A DNA stretch of 64,000 nt. It comes from Myxococcota bacterium (GTDB lineage: Bacteria > Myxococcota_A > Polyangia > Nannocystales > Nannocystaceae). Under the pieces are notes generated by a model that made no database searches, was not told where the DNA came from, and saw only the letters and a program-made list of their open reading frames with translations. Location: NCBI GenBank assembly GCA_039028615.1, contig JBCCHT010000001.1, positions 128,001 through 192,000 of the forward strand, written 5' to 3'. Both the position numbers and the translations under genes were made by a program. Positions 1 to 9,736 of the stretch are shown here, one piece after another. The stretch's first letter is position 1. Every line of letters starts with the position of its first letter.

Positions 1-2097
1 GCGTTTCGCCACATCACGGCCAAGGACCTACCCAAGGCTCGCCCCTGGCTCGAGCGACTCGAGCGGCTCGCCCCCGACGTCCCCAAGGCCAGAGCCTGGG
101 CGGCGTACTACCGCGGTATGGCGGCCACTGCCGAGGGGGACCTCACCGCCGCGGTGCGCTCGATGGCGCAGTCGCAGCGGGCTGCGAAGCGGCTCGGGCA
201 AGTCGCCGACGTCAGCTCGGCGCTGGAGCAGCACGCGGTCTTACTGGGTGAACTCGGCCAGACCTCCGAGGCGCTGGCGCTGATTCGGGAAGGCCTCGAC
301 TCGCTCGACGACCCCCGCTTGCTGTGCAAGACGCAAGCCCGCGCCCTGGGCAACCTGGGCTGGGCCCAGCTGCGGCTCGTGCAAAACGACCTCGACGACG
401 ACGTGCCGTGGTCGGCCCTCGAGCGCGCGTTGGCGTTGGTCGAAGGCCCTTGTCCGAACACCTTCGAGCAGGCCAATCAGCGACTCAACCTCACGCTCGC
501 CGGCTTGGTGAGCGCCGAGTACGGTCGAGCTCAGGGGTACATCGACGACCTGCGCGCAGACGGAGTCCCCGCGGGCCTCGAGCCGTGGACGGCCGAGTTC
601 GAAGCCCGGCTCGACCGCGTGGCGGGGCGCTGGGACCGGATGCCGCCGCTCGTGCTCGAGCCCGAGCGCAGCGGCGAGGTGGGTCTCGACTGGAGCGTGA
701 CGCTGCGACGGGCCCAGGCGCTGGCGGAGCTCGGGCTCCACGAGGCCGCAGCCGATGCTTTCATGCAGACCGAGGCGATGCTCGACGACGCTCTGATCAC
801 GATCGGAGCAGACATCGGCAAGGAGATGTTCCTCGCCTCGCGCTCGGTCAGCGCCCGCGGCCTGGTGCAGCAGCTGCTCGTGCTCGGGCGCGCGAAGGAT
901 GCCGCCTGTCGAGCGCGGCTGGCTCGCGGACGAGCGCTGCGTACGATCGACCGCTCGACTCGCATCGCGGGCCTGAACCCGAAGCAGCGCCGCGAGTGGA
1001 ACACCAAGGCCTTGGACTTTCTCGCCAAGCGCCGCCGCTTGCAGCAAGAGGGCGAAGGCGACTGGAAATTCTCGGACACGAAGGTCCAGCGCCGAAAGAC
1101 TCGCCGCGCGCAGCGGGACGCGGAGGCCCTGGCCGAGTTCGACGACGCCCTGCGCCAGCTGCTCACCGACAAGGCCCCCAAAGACTGTACGGCCCTCGCT
1201 CCCGCGACCGACGGGGAGGCGCTGCTGCTGGTCTCGGACACCGAACACGGCACGCTCGTGATGTTGGTCGATGCGCAGGGCGTCGCCAGCGTGCAGGCCC
1301 CGAGGGCCGATCCCCAGACCCCGGAGCACTGGGCCGAGGCCGCCCTGAGCGACCTGAGCGAGCGCCTCTCCCGGGCCACCCGTATCCGTCTCGCCATCGA
1401 CGGCAGCGCTCGCGCCCTCCCCTGGCCGCGCCTGCTGGTCGGCGAAGGCACCCTGCTCGACCTCGCTCCGCTCGTGCACACGCTCGACCTGCCGCTTCGG
1501 GATTCGGCGCCCGCGCGAGCCTCCCAGGCGCTGGTCATCGGGGACCCCCTGCAGGACCTGCCCAACGCGCGACGGGAGGCCGTGGCGGCACACGAGTCCC
1601 TCGCGGACGCCCCCTGGTCGCCACGACGCAACCTGCTGCTCGGGACCGAAGCCAGCCGCTCGACCATCACCGAGGCCCTCGGTACCGCGACCGTGGTGCA
1701 CTACGCGGGGCATGGTGTGCATCGGGGGAGCGACGGCTGGAACGCCGCCCTGCTGCTGGCCGATGGCGAGCTGACCGTGGCCGACCTCCTCGCACTGCCC
1801 GCGGTGCCTTCCACCGTGATCCTGGCCGGCTGCGACACGGGGACGGGCAACGACCAGGCGCTGGCGGGCGGGCTGAACATCGGGCGGGCGTTCGTGCTGG
1901 CCGGCGCCGAGCAAGTCTTGGTCGCCGACGGCCCGATCCACGACGAACTCGCCCAAGCGATCGGCGAAGCGGTGGCCGCCCGGCTCGCGACCCAAGCCCG
2001 CCCCGACCTGGCTAAAGCGCTCCAGACCGTGCAGCGCCAGCTCGCCCAGCAGCGGCCGGACGAGCCGTGGTGGCGGCTGCACGTCTTGGTGCCCTGA
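1..2097 (+). CDS. CHAT (caspase HetF-associated) domain protein with TPR-like helical region; 5' end lies outside the window
   Basis: Frame is open from base 1; C-terminal HYAGHG and LAGCDTG match the CHAT His/Cys dyad; AFVLAGA motif follows. Confidence 0.85.
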   Translation, partial: AFRHITAKDLPKARPWLERLERLAPDVPKARAWAAYYRGMAATAEGDLTAAVRSMAQSQRAAKRLGQVADVSSALEQHAVLLGELGQTSEALALIREGLDSLDDPRLLCKTQARALGNLGWAQLRLVQNDLDDDVPWSALERALALVEGPCPNTFEQANQRLNLTLAGLVSAEYGRAQGYIDDLRADGVPAGLEPWTAEFEARLDRVAGRWDRMPPLVLEPERSGEVGLDWSVTLRRAQALAELGLHEAAADAFMQTEAMLDDALITIGADIGKEMFLASRSVSARGLVQQLLVLGRAKDAACRARLARGRALRTIDRSTRIAGLNPKQRREWNTKALDFLAKRRRLQQEGEGDWKFSDTKVQRRKTRRAQRDAEALAEFDDALRQLLTDKAPKDCTALAPATDGEALLLVSDTEHGTLVMLVDAQGVASVQAPRADPQTPEHWAEAALSDLSERLSRATRIRLAIDGSARALPWPRLLVGEGTLLDLAPLVHTLDLPLRDSAPARASQALVIGDPLQDLPNARREAVAAHESLADAPWSPRRNLLLGTEASRSTITEALGTATVVHYAGHGVHRGSDGWNAALLLADGELTVADLLALPAVPSTVILAGCDTGTGNDQALAGGLNIGRAFVLAGAEQVLVADGPIHDELAQAIGEAVAARLATQARPDLAKALQTVQRQLAQQRPDEPWWRLHVLVP

Positions 2098-2099
2098 GC

Positions 2100-4097
2100 T
2101 CAGCGCCAGACCAGCTCGTCTTCGATCGGGCGATAGAAGCCGTCGAAGGAGATCGAGATCCGAGCCGAGTCGAAGCTCGTGGGCATGCGCTGCGAGTCGA
2201 GCTGCAAGCCAGTGATCGAGTCGTGGTCGAGCGGCACGGCACCGAAGTCGAACTGCGTCTCCTCGCCCTGGTCGCTCAGGATCACCACCACCCGATCCAC
2301 GACGCGTCCGTCGTGGGTGTCGTCGAGCGAGGCCTGCACCTTGTCGCCCTGGAGCGTGCAGTTGTTGCAACCGGGGGACGAGGGCTGCGGTGCCACGTAC
2401 GCGATGTCGTCGAGCGGCGTGGTGGTCACGCAGGCATCCGACCCCATCGCGCTCACCACGTCGACGTCCTCACCACACACGGTCTGGCAGGTATCCACCT
2501 GGTCGAAGGCCACCGTCGTCGAGGTCGACGGCGCCAGATCGACCAGCTCGATCGCGTCCTTCAGGTCGACGGGGCTGGGCGGCAGGCACTCGAGCGCGAG
2601 GTCGCAGTTTGCATGCTGCTCACAGGCCAGCTTCAGCGCGCCGCAGGCGTTGATCTTGCGCGTGGGAGCGATGGCCGCCCCACCCAGGCCGAAGTCTGCG
2701 TCGCTACCGAGCGCGATGCCTCCTTCGTAAACGACCTGCATGACCTCGTCCGGCGTCAGCGAAGGATTGTAGGACCACACCAGCGCCGCGGTACCGCTGG
2801 CGACCGCGGCCGCGACCGAGGTCCCGGTGAGCCCCGCGGTCATCACGTTCTCACCCGCCACCGCGTGGGTCGCCGTGGCCATCAACCGCGGCTGCGCGTC
2901 CAGGCGCGAGCCGGGCATCAAGGAGTCGTCGTGGGCGAGGCCACCGACGGCGTGCACGAGCGGCCGATAGCCCGCGCCAGGCGGATCGATGTTCACGCTG
3001 AACTCGCTGCAGCGGCTGACCCCGGGCGCGTTGAGCTGCTCCCAGGTGGCGGGCGCGAGCGGTGTCTCGTGGCACATGAGCCCCTCGTTGCCCGCCGCCG
3101 CGATGATGAGCGCCCCGTGACACGACGCGTACTGCAACGCCCGGCGCACCGCCGCCGCAGCCGCGGGCATGCCCGGCCCGTCACCACCGAACTCCGCCGC
3201 TTCCCAACCCACGCTGAGATTGATGATGAGCGGTGGCTTGGGCTCCATCCCGTCGTAGGTCTGCTCCCACTCGCGCACCGACTCGATCACCGCCGCGGCC
3301 AGGTCCCCCTGCGACCCCACGTAGCCGCCACGCTGAGCGTCGATGCCCGTCGGGATCCGCGGCAAGCCGAGCACCCGATGCACCCGATCACGGCAGCTGC
3401 CCCCCTGCGAACCTCCCGGTGGGACCGGACATGCGATGTCGGTGATGATGCGTGCCATCGCCTCGCCATGCTCGGTGCGAGGGTCGTTGGGCTCCGAGCG
3501 AGGCATGGTGTCGATGACCGCCACCGCGACCGGAGTGCGGAGCGACTCGGTGGGCTCGCCGCTCGAGTCGTTCAGTTGATGAGCCTCGACCCGACCGACC
3601 TGATCGCGGAACACGTCGCGCAACGCCGGGCCGATGATCGCGTCGGTCGCCGAGTCGCGCTGCGGGTTCACGACCTCGCAGTCTGGGCCCATGGAACGAA
3701 CCAGAGGCTGGACCGACAGGTCGTCGAGGTCGCCCGCGGTGGGTTCCGACGTCGGTCCGATCCAGCGATAGCGACACCAATGCCCCTCCGTGTCATTGAC
3801 CGGAGTGCCATTGACCGCCAACCACGGCGAGCCGGCCTCGAACAACGAGGTCGCTTCCCAATCGGTATAGACGGGGCAATGATCCTCTGGTTGCACGTGG
3901 ACGATTTGTCGCGAATTCGGGCACGCAGCGGCCACTAGCGTGTCGAGTGGCGAGGGCGTGTCCTTGTCTTCTTCCGCCCCCCGCGGGGTGGGTTCGGGTA
4001 GGGCGGAGATGTCGTCGAACTCCGTTTGCAGGCAAGCGGTCGAGCAAAGAGCGAAGAGAACCAAAGTTCCGAGATGGGCGGACGTTTTTTCAATCAT
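2100..4097 (-). CDS. S8 subtilisin-like serine peptidase, probable lipoprotein
   Basis: VAVIDT, HGEAMA, IINLSVG, AAAGN and GTSVAAAVASG motifs; lipobox-like STAC. Start is uncertain (ORF is open to 4211). Confidence 0.85.
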   Translation of the reverse strand: MIEKTSAHLGTLVLFALCSTACLQTEFDDISALPEPTPRGAEEDKDTPSPLDTLVAAACPNSRQIVHVQPEDHCPVYTDWEATSLFEAGSPWLAVNGTPVNDTEGHWCRYRWIGPTSEPTAGDLDDLSVQPLVRSMGPDCEVVNPQRDSATDAIIGPALRDVFRDQVGRVEAHQLNDSSGEPTESLRTPVAVAVIDTMPRSEPNDPRTEHGEAMARIITDIACPVPPGGSQGGSCRDRVHRVLGLPRIPTGIDAQRGGYVGSQGDLAAAVIESVREWEQTYDGMEPKPPLIINLSVGWEAAEFGGDGPGMPAAAAAVRRALQYASCHGALIIAAAGNEGLMCHETPLAPATWEQLNAPGVSRCSEFSVNIDPPGAGYRPLVHAVGGLAHDDSLMPGSRLDAQPRLMATATHAVAGENVMTAGLTGTSVAAAVASGTAALVWSYNPSLTPDEVMQVVYEGGIALGSDADFGLGGAAIAPTRKINACGALKLACEQHANCDLALECLPPSPVDLKDAIELVDLAPSTSTTVAFDQVDTCQTVCGEDVDVVSAMGSDACVTTTPLDDIAYVAPQPSSPGCNNCTLQGDKVQASLDDTHDGRVVDRVVVILSDQGEETQFDFGAVPLDHDSITGLQLDSQRMPTSFDSARISISFDGFYRPIEDELVWR

Positions 4098-4441
4098 TTC
4101 CAAGCTCGCGTGCCCCGACGGCAACGGTGTCGGGGCTCGCGGTCTCATTGTTCCACGAGGCATCACCGATGACATGAATCCGTCGATTCTCTGCAGAAAA
4201 TTCACCGTCATCGACGGGCTCTCGTCTCATGCCTCGTGCATGCGAAGATCGCGCTGAAGTCGAGTCGGTGGTTACCGTCGTTCGCTCACGATTCGTCGAC
4301 GTCGCCACCCCGCGGGAAACTCCATCGCGCGAAAAAGTTTCGATCGTCGACTCGTCATCGCGATCGATGGCCACGGCAATGAGCCCGACAGCGACGGAGA
4401 GGGTCACCGACCCGAAGCCCCCGCCGCAGCAGAGCATTGTC

Positions 4442-5293
4442 ATGAACATCAGGAAACTTCATCTCGCTTCGACGATCACCGCCCTCACCCTCGGCCTCGG
4501 CGCGCTGGCCTGTGATCCCGAAGGCTCCCCCGACGACTCCGACGCACGCGACGGGCTGCTCTTCGGCCTGCACGACAGCGACGTCGTCGCGCTGCACGAT
4601 CGCTACCTGCCCGACGAAGACCTCGGCCTGACCTTCGACCGACTCACCGCGCCCTTCGACTGCTCGCTCTACGGGGACCTGTGTGCGCAGGTCGGCGAGG
4701 ACCAGGCCATCGAGATCACCGAGGAGCTGGTCGAGCTGGGCCTCGACGGCGCCTCGCCCGAGCAGATCGATGCGTTCCTCGATCAGCGTACCGACGAGGC
4801 GATGGACCTCCGAGCCGAGAGCGAAGAGCTCTCCGACGACTTCACGTTTCGCAGCTCCACCGGGTGGTTCAGCCGCACCGTGGGCAACGTTCGCATGCTG
4901 ACCCGCAACGGCATCACCACACCGGTCATCGGCTCACGACAGGCGTGGACGGAGGCCAAGACCCAGCGACGCAATGGGCTCGGCACCTGGTTCAACCGCA
5001 AGGCGACCGAGATCTGCGTGAACGCGGGCACCAACACCCAGGTGCAGACCGTGTGTGGCGGGGGGATTCCGTGCGCCGACACGACCCTGGAGTCCTTCAA
5101 CCCCTCCAATACCTGCGTGGCCAACAAGGTCTCCCACAAGAGCACGACCTTCCATGCCCGCAACAACGGCGCGGAGCCGGGGGGCGGCTTCTCGCTCACC
5201 TACAAGCTGACCGCGCGCGGCTGCTCCGACGCGGAGATCAACGGGGTCAACCTCTCGCTCGCCTGCGCCCCCGCTCACCTTCGCTTCTATTAG
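4442..5293 (+). CDS. Hypothetical Cys-rich lipoprotein
   Basis: MNIRKL...LGALAC signal peptide/lipobox; GC3-rich codon usage. Confidence 0.7.
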   Translation: MNIRKLHLASTITALTLGLGALACDPEGSPDDSDARDGLLFGLHDSDVVALHDRYLPDEDLGLTFDRLTAPFDCSLYGDLCAQVGEDQAIEITEELVELGLDGASPEQIDAFLDQRTDEAMDLRAESEELSDDFTFRSSTGWFSRTVGNVRMLTRNGITTPVIGSRQAWTEAKTQRRNGLGTWFNRKATEICVNAGTNTQVQTVCGGGIPCADTTLESFNPSNTCVANKVSHKSTTFHARNNGAEPGGGFSLTYKLTARGCSDAEINGVNLSLACAPAHLRFY

Positions 5294-5403
5294 CGGGCGC
5301 GGCCGCTGCCACCCACGAGCCCCGCCCGGCACTCGCTCGGCGGGGCTCCGGCGTTTCGAAGATGGCCAAGCGCCGCGGCTTGATGCACGCTGTGAGCCCT
5401 GCG

Positions 5404-6213
5404 ATGAAGCGCTCCGCCTCCGACTCCATCCCCTGCATCGGCATCTCCCACAACTTCCTGCACGCCGATCCCCAGCGTGCCCTGTTCAAGGGCATGACCC
5501 TGCAGTTTCTCGAGGAGCGCATGGCGCTGGCCGTGGGGCGCACGGGCGCGATTCCGCTGGGTCTACCCGATCTCAAGCACGCCGCAGGCGCCGACGCGGT
5601 GCTGTCACGCGTCGATGGATTGCTGCTCGCCGGGGGGGCCGACCTCAGCCCGCGAAGCTACGGCGAGGAACCGCTGAAGCCCAACTGGTCGGGGGATCCC
5701 GTGCGCGACGAGTACGAAATTCGCCTGGTCGAGCGGGCGCGACGCCGTGGCATCCCCGTGCTGGGCGTATGCCGCGGCATTCAGCTGCTCAACGTGGCCC
5801 TCGGCGGACGGCTCTACCAAGACATCACGACTCAGCGTGAAGGTTCGCTCGTTCATCGCGATTGGCACCAGTACGACGCGCTCGGGCACGACATCCGAAT
5901 GGAGCCCGAGAGCTGGATCTCACGGGTGTACGAGGGGGCCACCGATGTGGCCGTCAATAGCGTCCACCACCAGGCCATCCGCGAGCTGGCGTCTCCGTTG
6001 CGCGCCACGGCGTGGGCCCCCGACGGAATCATCGAGGCCGTGCAAATGAGCGACATGTCGGAGTGGCTGGCGGGAGTGCAGTGGCACCCCGAGTGGCTCG
6101 AGCCCGAGGAGGGCGAGCAGGACATCCGCACCGCATCGGGCGGCCGCGCCAGCGGCGATGCAATCTTCGCCGCCTTCGCGGAAGAGTGCCGCGAGCGCAT
6201 GGGCCAGGTATAA
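5404..6213 (+). CDS. puuD: Peptidase C26 / gamma-glutamyl-GABA hydrolase family glutamine amidotransferase
   Basis: LLLAGGAD, GVCRGIQ nucleophile, NSVHHQ and QWHPE motifs; exact orthology is not established. Confidence 0.85.
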   Translation: MKRSASDSIPCIGISHNFLHADPQRALFKGMTLQFLEERMALAVGRTGAIPLGLPDLKHAAGADAVLSRVDGLLLAGGADLSPRSYGEEPLKPNWSGDPVRDEYEIRLVERARRRGIPVLGVCRGIQLLNVALGGRLYQDITTQREGSLVHRDWHQYDALGHDIRMEPESWISRVYEGATDVAVNSVHHQAIRELASPLRATAWAPDGIIEAVQMSDMSEWLAGVQWHPEWLEPEEGEQDIRTASGGRASGDAIFAAFAEECRERMGQV

Positions 6214-6220
6214 CTGCCGG

Positions 6221-7426
6221 GTGTTGGATTATTCCTCGAGGCTGAGCTGCGCCGCGCTCGCGGGCGGGCTCGTCCTGGCGTGCAACGGCAACGATCCCGC
6301 GACGAGCGACGGCGCCAATACCCTCGGCTCACTCGACGGCACCACCACCAGCGTCGATCCGAGCACCAGCGTCGCGACCACCGAGCAGGGCACGGCCGAC
6401 GGCGAGGGCACCAGCGACACCACGGCCGGCACGACCGACCCCGTCGCCGACGACACCAGCTCGGACGAGACCACGCGGGGGCCCATTACCTGCGATCCGG
6501 TCCCCCTGTGCTTCGACGTCCCGCCCCCTTCGGCCGGCCCCACGCTCGACTGGGAGAACTTCGAGTCGAACCTGATCGAGGCCTCGGGCTCCCCGCGGCA
6601 CCGCGGCCGCGACATGTTCTACAACCCCGACGACGACCACTGGGTCATGGCCAAGTTCGCCTACGGGGCCACCGACTGGGACCTCGAGGGCGAGCGCGTC
6701 GACATGTTCTTGCTGCGCAACTGCGAGGGCGACTGGGAATCGCTGGGCTCGGTGTTCACCACCTTCGAGGACAACCATCCCACCATCGAAGGCGTCGAGG
6801 ACACGGGCGGGCGGCTGTACTTCCAGACGCCCACGCCCCTTCCGCTGGGGCGCCACCGCATCCACATGGTCGTGCGCGGCGACGATAGCCGAGCCGATAC
6901 CTATATCGAGGTCGTCGAGCCCGGCACGCCGATGTTCCTGTCGGACATCGACGGCACCCTCACCACCGCGGAGTGGGAGCGCCTGATCGACTTCCTGCTC
7001 GACAGCATCCCCGACGTGAACCCGGGCGCGCCCGAGGCCCTGCAGATGCTGGCCGACCTCGGCTACCGGCCGATGTACCTCACCGCACGCCCCGAGTTCT
7101 TGGGCAACCGCACCTACGACTTCATCGAGATGCGGGGCCTGCCCCCCGGCATCATCCACACCACGCTGTCCGCCACCGGGGCCATGGGCTCTGCCGCCGT
7201 CGACTACAAGACGGCCGAGTTCGAGGTCCTCGCCAGCCGAGGGCTCGTCCCCGCGTACGTCTTCGGCAACACCGACTCCGACGCCGAGGCCTACGACAAC
7301 GCCGGGATCATGCCGCTGCCCAACCGCGTGTTCTTCCAGTACGAAGACGAGTTCGGCGGGCGCACCATCGACAGCTACACCGAGCTGTGGGACGAGTTCT
7401 CGGGCCTCGACCCCGTCTGCGAGTGA
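6221..7426 (+). CDS. Lipoprotein with LNS2/PITP-type HAD-like domain
   Basis: LVLAC lipobox, Thr/Asp-rich linker, SDIDGTLT, YLTARP and FGNTDSD motifs. Confidence 0.75.
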   Translation: MLDYSSRLSCAALAGGLVLACNGNDPATSDGANTLGSLDGTTTSVDPSTSVATTEQGTADGEGTSDTTAGTTDPVADDTSSDETTRGPITCDPVPLCFDVPPPSAGPTLDWENFESNLIEASGSPRHRGRDMFYNPDDDHWVMAKFAYGATDWDLEGERVDMFLLRNCEGDWESLGSVFTTFEDNHPTIEGVEDTGGRLYFQTPTPLPLGRHRIHMVVRGDDSRADTYIEVVEPGTPMFLSDIDGTLTTAEWERLIDFLLDSIPDVNPGAPEALQMLADLGYRPMYLTARPEFLGNRTYDFIEMRGLPPGIIHTTLSATGAMGSAAVDYKTAEFEVLASRGLVPAYVFGNTDSDAEAYDNAGIMPLPNRVFFQYEDEFGGRTIDSYTELWDEFSGLDPVCE

Positions 7427-7430
7427 ACGC

Positions 7431-8177
7431 TCAGTCGTACTCGTTCGGCAGCCGCACCACCACCGACTCCGGGCGCGACGCCGGGTCGAACGCGATCGAC
7501 AGCAGCTTGTCCGCGACGAACTTCGGCGTGTTGTAGGCCTCGCGCCGCTTGAGATCGCGAAACTTCTCGATCGCGGGGAACTGCGATGCGTCGAGTGATC
7601 GGATGGTGCTCTGCATCGCGGTATCGATCACCCCGGGCGCCACCGAGTACGCCCGCAGGCCGTGCTCCGCCTCCTCGAGCTGCACGCACTCGGTGAGCCG
7701 ATCGACCGCGGCCTTGCCCGCGCAGTAGGCCGTCCAGGCCGCGTAGCCCTTGAGCGCCGCCCCGGACGAGATGTTGACGAGCACACCCGAGCGCTCGGCG
7801 TCCCGCAGGTGTCGGACGAACGCCTTGCTCCCCGACAGCACCCCGCCGACGTTGATGGCCAGGTGCTCCATCAGTGCCGCCGAGCTCAGATCCCGCGCGA
7901 ACGCGACCGGCTCGAGCACCCCTGCGTTGTTGACCCACAGATCGACAGGCCCCAGCTGCTCCGCCACCTGCTCGGCAAAGTTCTGCACTGCGGCCTCGTC
8001 TCGGACATCGAGCTGCGCCGCATGGACCCCGGGCCGGCCCGCCAGGGGACAGGCTCCGCGGGCACACAGCCCCACGGAGAGCCCCTGCTCCAACAATCGC
8101 TCGGCAATGCCGGCCCCCAGGCCTCGGCTCGCTCCGGTGATCACGGCAACCCGACCTCGATACGCGGATTCGTTCAT
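7431..8177 (-). CDS. Short-chain dehydrogenase/reductase
   Basis: TGASRGLG, VNNAG, NISS and YCAGK motifs. Confidence 0.92.
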   Translation of the reverse strand: MNESAYRGRVAVITGASRGLGAGIAERLLEQGLSVGLCARGACPLAGRPGVHAAQLDVRDEAAVQNFAEQVAEQLGPVDLWVNNAGVLEPVAFARDLSSAALMEHLAINVGGVLSGSKAFVRHLRDAERSGVLVNISSGAALKGYAAWTAYCAGKAAVDRLTECVQLEEAEHGLRAYSVAPGVIDTAMQSTIRSLDASQFPAIEKFRDLKRREAYNTPKFVADKLLSIAFDPASRPESVVVRLPNEYD

Positions 8178-8244
8178 CGCGAGCAGGAGTGTAGGCGATT
8201 GCGGTGCTGGTCCGCCCCGCCCTCGCGACGTATGCTGCCCGCCC

Positions 8245-9039
8245 GTGGAGGTCCAGCTCGCCCTGCTGGGGGCCGTCCCCGCGCTCATCGCCATGGCGAT
8301 CGTCGATCGCCTGGACGCCAAGCGCCCGGAGCCGCGCGCCACCCTGCGCCGGGTCGCGCTGCTCGGAGCGTTCTCTGCCCTCCCCGTCATCCTCGTCAGC
8401 GAGGTTCTCAAGCTCGTCGGTCCGACCAGCGGCTACGTCTCCGTGCTGTACACCTCGCTCGTCATCGCGGCCCTGCCCGAGGAAGCCGCCAAGGTCGGCA
8501 GCATGTACCTCATGGCCTGGCGCCGCCCCGAGTTCGACGAGCGCATGGACGGCATCGTCTACGGTGCGCGCGCGGGCCTCGGCTTCGCGCTGGTCGAGAA
8601 CGTCGCCTACCTCCTGCTGCTGCCCCACGGCATCGGGGAGTACCTCGCCATGTTCCTCGGCCGAGCCGTCCTCGCCGTCCCCGGCCACGCCATCTGGGGA
8701 GGCGTCGCCGGGTACTTCGCCGCCCGCCGCCGCTTCGACGGTCGCGGCCCCGGCTGGTGGGGCGGCCTACTCATCGCCGTGCTCATGCACGGCCTCTACG
8801 ACATCTGGATCTTCGGCGCCCCCTTTGCCATCCGCGATGGCCAGACCTGGCTGCAGACCGAGCTGTTCGGCGTCCCCGTGGGCTTTTACTGCGGCCCCGT
8901 CGTCATGATCATGGCCGGCGCCCTGTTCCTACGCGCGCTGGCCCGCAAAGCCGTCGCCGACGACGACGCCGACCATGCCCTGATGCGCACTTGGTCGCCG
9001 CCCGAGCGCTACGACCCCAATCACCCCCGCGGGTACTGA
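8245..9039 (+). CDS. prsW: PrsW-family intramembrane metalloprotease
   Basis: Multiple TM segments; EEAAK, GFALVEN, GHA and MHGLYD motifs. Confidence 0.88.
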   Translation: MEVQLALLGAVPALIAMAIVDRLDAKRPEPRATLRRVALLGAFSALPVILVSEVLKLVGPTSGYVSVLYTSLVIAALPEEAAKVGSMYLMAWRRPEFDERMDGIVYGARAGLGFALVENVAYLLLLPHGIGEYLAMFLGRAVLAVPGHAIWGGVAGYFAARRRFDGRGPGWWGGLLIAVLMHGLYDIWIFGAPFAIRDGQTWLQTELFGVPVGFYCGPVVMIMAGALFLRALARKAVADDDADHALMRTWSPPERYDPNHPRGY

Positions 9040-9043
9040 GGCC

Positions 9044-9700
9044 TCAGCTCGGGCGGTCGCCTTCGACGAGGCGGTCGCGGAGGGACTGGGCCCAGTTCTC
9101 GATGTCGCCAGCCGTGGTCTCGCGGAGGGCGGCGGGGAACTCTTCGGCCTTCAGGATCCACTCGCGCACCATCTTGCGGGCGCGGCTGAGGCGGCTCTTG
9201 ACGGTACCGGGGGGTACGCCGATGACGACGGCGATGTCGTCGATGCGCATCTCTTCCCAGTAGTGCAGCTCGACGGCGATCTGGAGGTCGATGGGGATGT
9301 GCCGAAGCGCGGTGAGGACCAGCTTCTGCTCGTCCTTGCCCGCGACGGCGAGGGAGGGCGAGCCCATGACGTCGGCGATGGAGGTCTCGAGCTGATCGAC
9401 CTTCTTGCCCTTGCGCGCATACTTGCGCAGGTGCATGAGCAGCTGGGTCCGCGCGATGGCCAGCAGGTAGGTCTTGAAGCTCGAGTCGCCGCGAAAGCGG
9501 TGGGCGCTCTCGGAGCAGGCGAGCATGGTCTGCTGCACCAGGTCCTCGGCGCCGTGGCTCACCTTGCTGCGAAAGAACCGAAAGAGCGTCCGAAAATGAC
9601 GGCGGAGTAGGCGGGAGCCGGCGGTGTTGTCCCCCGCCCGCCACGCCTCCAGAAGCTCGAGATCTTCGTCCTTGGCCACGGTTGTACGGCACCGTAGCAA
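9044..9700 (-). CDS. ECF RNA polymerase sigma factor
   Basis: AEDLVQQT and FKTYLLAIAR (region 2); GTVKSRLSRAR (region 4). Confidence 0.92.
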   Translation of the reverse strand: MLRCRTTVAKDEDLELLEAWRAGDNTAGSRLLRRHFRTLFRFFRSKVSHGAEDLVQQTMLACSESAHRFRGDSSFKTYLLAIARTQLLMHLRKYARKGKKVDQLETSIADVMGSPSLAVAGKDEQKLVLTALRHIPIDLQIAVELHYWEEMRIDDIAVVIGVPPGTVKSRLSRARKMVREWILKAEEFPAALRETTAGDIENWAQSLRDRLVEGDRPS

Positions 9701-9736
9701 GGGACGGCCGCGCGCCGCAAAGGCGCGGTGACGCCC

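Noticed and set aside
4681..5403. Long N-terminal extension on the C26 peptidase ORF
   Set aside because: It overlaps the upstream lipoprotein gene in another frame; the real start is probably 5404
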